Positions 59,959 to 64,000 of a stretch of DNA of 64,000 nt are shown here, one piece after another. Position 1 is the first letter of the stretch; each line of letters begins with the position of its first letter. Source of the stretch: Candidatus Uhrbacteria bacterium GW2011_GWE2_46_68. GTDB lineage: Bacteria; Patescibacteriota; Patescibacteriia; UBA9934; GWF2-40-263. The translations under genes were made by a program, and so were the position numbers. Under the pieces are notes generated by a model. The model made no database searches, had not been told where the DNA came from, and saw only the letters and a program-made list of their open reading frames with translations. The DNA lies in NCBI GenBank assembly GCA_001002765.1, contig LCMS01000007.1, forward strand, positions 8,170 to 72,169, read 5' to 3'.

Positions 59959-60738
59959 CTAAAAAAACAAAATCAAAAATCCAAGAACGACGCGGGCGAC
60001 GGCGATCCATGCATATCCGGCGCGACGTAAAAACATCAACAAAAACTTGATGGTAAAAAAAGCAGAAATACAAGCGCTTGCCCATCCAACCATGATAGGT
60101 ACCCAATCCACAGATCCTCCTTGACTTACCAGAATAAACAGATGATATCCGCCGGCAGCCGCAATCGCGGGAATACCCAGCAAAAAGGAAAAACGTGTTG
60201 CTGTCTCGCGCGAAAGTCCACTTACCAATCCGGCGCTGATGGTTATCCCCGATCGAGACGTTCCTGGAATCAAAGAAATGACTTGAGCGCATCCTGTCAC
60301 GAAAGCTTGTTTCCAACCAGTTTTTTCCACGCTCGTCACATTTTTCCTTCCCCATCGATCAGAGGCATACAACACAATGCCCCACACGATAAAGGACGCG
60401 GCCACCACTTCCTTCGCCCGCAAACTCGTCTCAACAAAATCTTGCGCAAAAAATCCAATTAAAAAAACCGGGAATGTCGCAATCAAAATCTTCCATCCCA
60501 ATCCTCCCCATACGCGATCTTTTTTTATCATCCCTACACACATCCGCCGTACATCTCCTGACAAAGCAATGAGCACAGCGGCCAAAGTCCCCAAATGGAT
60601 AAATGCATCAAATGACAATCCTTGCTCTTCCCATCCAAGCCACTGTGGCACCAATACCAAAAAACCAGAACTCGAGATCGGAAGAAATTCGGCAACACCT
60701 TGCACGAGCCCCAAAATAAACGCGTGAAAAATACTCAT
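59959..60738 (-). CDS. uppP: undecaprenyl-diphosphatase
   Basis: 8-TM BacA/UppP family; GVAEFLPISSSG and PGTSRSG motifs. Confidence 0.92.
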   Translation of the reverse strand: MSIFHAFILGLVQGVAEFLPISSSGFLVLVPQWLGWEEQGLSFDAFIHLGTLAAVLIALSGDVRRMCVGMIKKDRVWGGLGWKILIATFPVFLIGFFAQDFVETSLRAKEVVAASFIVWGIVLYASDRWGRKNVTSVEKTGWKQAFVTGCAQVISLIPGTSRSGITISAGLVSGLSRETATRFSFLLGIPAIAAAGGYHLFILVSQGGSVDWVPIMVGWASACISAFFTIKFLLMFLRRAGYAWIAVARVVLGFLILFF

Positions 60739-61376
60739 GGAAGATAGGTAAGAAGTTGATCAATGAGCATGGGTTGTTTCAAAAACATCTGTGTTCCATG
60801 TCCGCTTTTTTCCAAAAAAACACCTGTCACCTGAGAGGGGCGAGAGGAGACGAGAACCTGTGTATCTTTGTAAGACTCCGGATCATCTGTACTGGCAACG
60901 ACGATTGCCTTTTGAGAAAGAGACAGATGTTCTACGGCATCTTTTGTTTTCACTCCTCGATAATCCAATCCTGGTGACAATGCGATCGCCACCGGACTTT
61001 TTGGATGCTCGGCTAAAAACCGCAGGGCAAAATTAGCTCCGATTGAAGCACCGATCACGACCGTTGTCTCTTCCTTGGCTCCGAGTAGTTCCATATACGC
61101 AAATGCCGCTTCCACATCGAACCGTTTGGCCTGCTGTTCCTCATCAGAAAATTTTCGATAATCCAACGCGCCTCCCATAGTGCTTTCTCCATGCCCGCGT
61201 TCATCGATCGCCAAAACCGTATATCCTTTTTGAACCAAGGCTTCGGCAAAATCTCTCCAACTTTCTTTAGTTTCCGGCATCATGTGAAACAGAATGGCGA
61301 ACCGCGATCCACCATCATACAAATCGCCGACAATAGTCACTTTGTCTTGTGTTTGAAACGTTACGCGCTCCACCAT
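60735..61376 (-). CDS. alpha/beta-fold hydrolase
   Basis: HGxxS region (ERGHGES), nucleophile elbow GASIGANFAL (GxSxG), C-terminal His. Confidence 0.75.
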   Translation of the reverse strand: MVERVTFQTQDKVTIVGDLYDGGSRFAILFHMMPETKESWRDFAEALVQKGYTVLAIDERGHGESTMGGALDYRKFSDEEQQAKRFDVEAAFAYMELLGAKEETTVVIGASIGANFALRFLAEHPKSPVAIALSPGLDYRGVKTKDAVEHLSLSQKAIVVASTDDPESYKDTQVLVSSRPSQVTGVFLEKSGHGTQMFLKQPMLIDQLLTYLP

Positions 61377-61379
61377 ATC

Positions 61380-63404
61380 TCATTTGAAAGAAACCGATGT
61401 ACCTGGCGAAACTTTTCCCGATTGAGACGTCGGTGGTTTGGGGGTGGGTGCCAAGGATGATAGAGAAATCTCCTTTGCTATCGGAGGTTTAGATGGTGCC
61501 GCGACCGCATGAGAAACCGATGGAGCCAATCGACGTTCGGGTGTGGGAAATGGACGTGATTCTGGTCTTCTTTGCGGCGGCCGGCGATCTCTCCTTTGCT
61601 CGCGATCAGAAGGGGTCGAAACTCGCATGGGAGCCTCCCTTGTTTGCCGCGGTCTTTCCACAGGCGCCGCAAACGCTGCAGGAATCTCTCGTTTTTCTTG
61701 AACAGGCGCAATTTTTTCTCGAACATCTTCTGGTGGCTTCACGTCCGCACGACTGGCAAGTGCGTTTAAAGAAATCGCTGGTGTATCAACAGTTTTCTGC
61801 ACCAATTCTCCTTCCGTGATTTTTAATTCCGGTCGTGACGACAAAGAAGATGGAGGTGGGCGTCGATCCCCTCCTCGATCCCCTCTCCGGTCTCCCCCAT
61901 CTCCCCCCATTCCTCTTCCCCCACCTTTTCGTCGCTCGCGAATCTTTGCAATACAATCATCACAATAAATCGGACGTGAACGATCCAACTCCACGGGCAA
62001 CACAACTTGGGCACCGCATTCTGTACAGTTGTATTCGAATCGTGGTTTACGCGATTCTTTCACGGATTTTTTCTTTTCTTCGGCTTCTTGCAACGCCTCG
62101 TCGATATCCACATCCCCCATGCCGCTCCATTTCAAAATTTTATCTTCGATTTCCGCACGCGGTTTGGAATAGCGTTCACGCGACACGCGAACCACTTTTT
62201 CCTCCGAATGCGTACGCTCGGCAATCGGCGGCAAAGTGGCGGCGGAAAACGGCTGGCTTGTCACGCCATCGATCAACAGTTTGAGATAAATATTGTACTT
62301 GGGAATGTTGATCAAATCCTCGGGCATAAACCGCGGACCAAATTCGGTTTCCATGTACTGAGCGTCCGGTGAGCCCACCCGAAATGTAATAATGGTTCCC
62401 ATGTTGCCGAACACGGCCTCACGTACAACATCGGTGAGTTGAGCAATATATTGATGCGCCATGATAAGACATAGGTGATATTTACGCGCCTCGGACAAAA
62501 TGGAAGCGAACGATTCCACGGCAAAGTTTTGAAACTCATCCACGTACATGTAAAAATCTTTGCGATCCGCTTCGGGCATATCCACCCGCTCCATGGCAGC
62601 CAATTGCATTTTGGTGATGAGCATGCCCCCCATGAGTCGCATGCTGTCTTCTCCGATACGCCCCTTGGACAAATTGATGATGAATATTTTTCCCTCATCC
62701 ATCATGGCGCGAATATCGATCGTGGATTTCACTTGCGCCACGATATTGCGAATCACGGCCGAAGATAAAAATTGTCCGATTTTGTTTTGGATAGGCGCCA
62801 CGGCTTCTTGCGCGTACTTTTCGTTGTAAGACGCAAACTCTTTCAGCCAAAATTGTTTGACGATTGGGTCTTTCACATTTCCCACAATACGTTTGCGATA
62901 ATCCGCATCAGACAAAAGTCGATTGATACCAAGCAAGGTAGATCCTGGATTATCGAGCAGCGCCAAAATGGAATTATTCAAAATATATTCCATACGGGAA
63001 GACCACATGTTTTCCCAAATCTTTTTGAAAACCCCCATCATGCCGCTTGCGACTAAATGCTTGTGTCGCTCGTCCACGGCCTCCAAAATATTAAATCCGA
63101 CCGGATAATCAATGTCAGACGGATTGAAATAAATCACGTCATTGATGCGATGACTCGGAATAAAATCAATAAGCTTCTCTGCCGTGTCCCCATGCGGATC
63201 CACATAACAACATCCATGCCCGGCGTAAATATCAGAGAGAATCATGTTTTCCAAAAGCACGGTTTTGCCCATACCGGTTTTTCCGATCACATACATATGC
63301 CGACGACGGTCATCGGTTCGTATGCCAAACTTGATCATCTGATTGCGAAAGTTTGTGCGAGCAAAATACGTTACTTCTTTTTCGTGGTTTTCATCGTAGG
63401 ACAT
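61380..63404 (-). CDS. HerA/VirB4-superfamily (DUF87-like) P-loop ATPase with C-terminal zinc ribbon and Arg/Gly/Pro-rich disordered tail
   Basis: Walker A GKTGMGKT followed by the HerA-type YVDPHGD motif; Walker B YMYVDEFQNF; CTECG...CDDC zinc ribbon; ~200-aa RGG/Pro-rich tail. Confidence 0.6.
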   Translation of the reverse strand: MSYDENHEKEVTYFARTNFRNQMIKFGIRTDDRRRHMYVIGKTGMGKTVLLENMILSDIYAGHGCCYVDPHGDTAEKLIDFIPSHRINDVIYFNPSDIDYPVGFNILEAVDERHKHLVASGMMGVFKKIWENMWSSRMEYILNNSILALLDNPGSTLLGINRLLSDADYRKRIVGNVKDPIVKQFWLKEFASYNEKYAQEAVAPIQNKIGQFLSSAVIRNIVAQVKSTIDIRAMMDEGKIFIINLSKGRIGEDSMRLMGGMLITKMQLAAMERVDMPEADRKDFYMYVDEFQNFAVESFASILSEARKYHLCLIMAHQYIAQLTDVVREAVFGNMGTIITFRVGSPDAQYMETEFGPRFMPEDLINIPKYNIYLKLLIDGVTSQPFSAATLPPIAERTHSEEKVVRVSRERYSKPRAEIEDKILKWSGMGDVDIDEALQEAEEKKKSVKESRKPRFEYNCTECGAQVVLPVELDRSRPIYCDDCIAKIRERRKGGGRGMGGDGGDRRGDRGGDRRPPPSSLSSRPELKITEGELVQKTVDTPAISLNALASRADVKPPEDVREKIAPVQEKREIPAAFAAPVERPRQTREAPMRVSTPSDREQRRDRRPPQRRPESRPFPTPERRLAPSVSHAVAAPSKPPIAKEISLSSLAPTPKPPTSQSGKVSPGTSVSFK

Positions 63405-63409
63405 AGGCC

Positions 63410-63985
63410 TTACACGGGCAGATTGGGAGGAATATATGCTTTTTCTTCTTCATTACCTTTTGGAAGATCGGGCGGACGTAGTCCTGCGGGCACGGAAATA
63501 TTGGGAGCTTCCACGGAAAAAACCGCAATCTCATCATCTTTGAGTGGTGTAATGGGTATCTGTGTTTCTCCTTGTTTATGCTGATCATCCTTTGAAGATG
63601 CCAAGCGTACAACAGAAATTTCTTGCCCATCCTCAGCAGGAATGAGTCGCGGAAACGTCGCAAAATCTTTTTCTCCCTTGGCTGACATTCCGGGAAGCCC
63701 AGCCTCCATGGCACCTGGCAAGGTAATGGGTAACCCCACTGGCGGTTCGCCGCGCTTGGCCTCGGACTTTTTGATAAGAGGAGCTTTGATCGTGATCGGA
63801 GGGAAATGCCAAAGCGAAGCAATCTCCTCCACATTCATATAAAACTGATTTGCTCCTTTGCTAAAACTGCGCCCCTTAAACGCCGCCGCTAAAATTTGCT
63901 TTTTCTTCGTAGTGGTCCAGCGCTGCCAAAAATAATCATCACGAGGAATCGAAGGAGGATAGAGACTAAACGCATTCAGGTTCAA
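63410..63985 (-). CDS. hypothetical protein upstream of the ATPase (may be N-terminally incomplete at the window edge)
   Basis: 191-aa ORF on the same strand, 6 nt upstream of the ATPase; Pro-rich; no recognised family. Confidence 0.4.
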   Translation of the reverse strand: MNLNAFSLYPPSIPRDDYFWQRWTTTKKKQILAAAFKGRSFSKGANQFYMNVEEIASLWHFPPITIKAPLIKKSEAKRGEPPVGLPITLPGAMEAGLPGMSAKGEKDFATFPRLIPAEDGQEISVVRLASSKDDQHKQGETQIPITPLKDDEIAVFSVEAPNISVPAGLRPPDLPKGNEEEKAYIPPNLPV

Positions 63986-64000
63986 ATGTGTAAATTGATG

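Noticed and set aside
61493-62284. Plus-strand ORFs (61493-61819, 61835-62284) opposite the ATPase tail
   Set aside because: They are antisense to the GC-rich low-complexity RG/Pro tail coding region, and their composition is non-protein-like.

Overview
This 64-kb window is a dense, low-GC (~45%) bacterial chromosome segment of mostly housekeeping genes. I found no rRNA, tRNA or CRISPR array. Several core proteins are domain-minimised: a 128-aa ATP-synthase delta subunit, a 247-aa RpoA with no alpha-CTD, and a 595-aa AlaRS with no C-Ala domain. Together with a PduL phosphotransacylase, this fits (by inference only) a reduced-genome lineage such as CPR/Patescibacteria.

Main contents, in order:
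- tatD.
- A ~3-kb accessory patch: a high-GC foreign-looking gene, a charged low-complexity hypothetical gene, and a ~500-bp noncoding element bounded by 24-bp inverted repeats.
- A complete F-type ATP synthase operon (atpI-like, B, E, F, H, A, G, D, C) behind a near-consensus sigma70 promoter. It ends in a compact Cab-type beta-carbonic-anhydrase-like gene.
- rlmN, greA, lysS, alr, an FtsQ-like gene, pgi.
- A minus-strand block: M23 peptidase, gltX, a TagA/WecG-family glycosyltransferase, thpR.
- clpB, behind a promoter that overlaps a CIRCE-like operator.
- A second, inverted copy of the beta-CA-like gene. The two copies bracket ~14.4 kb.
- The most unusual region: a secreted repeat protein followed by three tandem paralogous genes of an unrecognised family. 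Each has a GC-rich GGAG-loop hairpin in its 5' part, and the third carries a frameshift. They sit in one plus-strand run with a DODA-type dioxygenase, priA, def and fmt.
- A minus-strand surface-polysaccharide locus (Wzy/WaaL-like, two GT2, one GT4, Wzx flippase).
- A ribosomal-protein and rpoA cluster (rpsI, rplM, rplQ, rpoA, rpsD, rpsK, rpsM, rpmJ, infA).
- alaS, murJ, a CARDB/TSP3/PKD surface protein, pduL, a GT2, a SpoU-type methyltransferase, an rlmD-like gene, era, mnmA, a dGTPase-like HD protein, uppP, an alpha/beta hydrolase.
- A HerA/DUF87-like P-loop ATPase with a zinc ribbon and an RG-rich tail.

A second inverted-repeat-bounded element near 59.8 kb shares its outermost 11 bp with the first.
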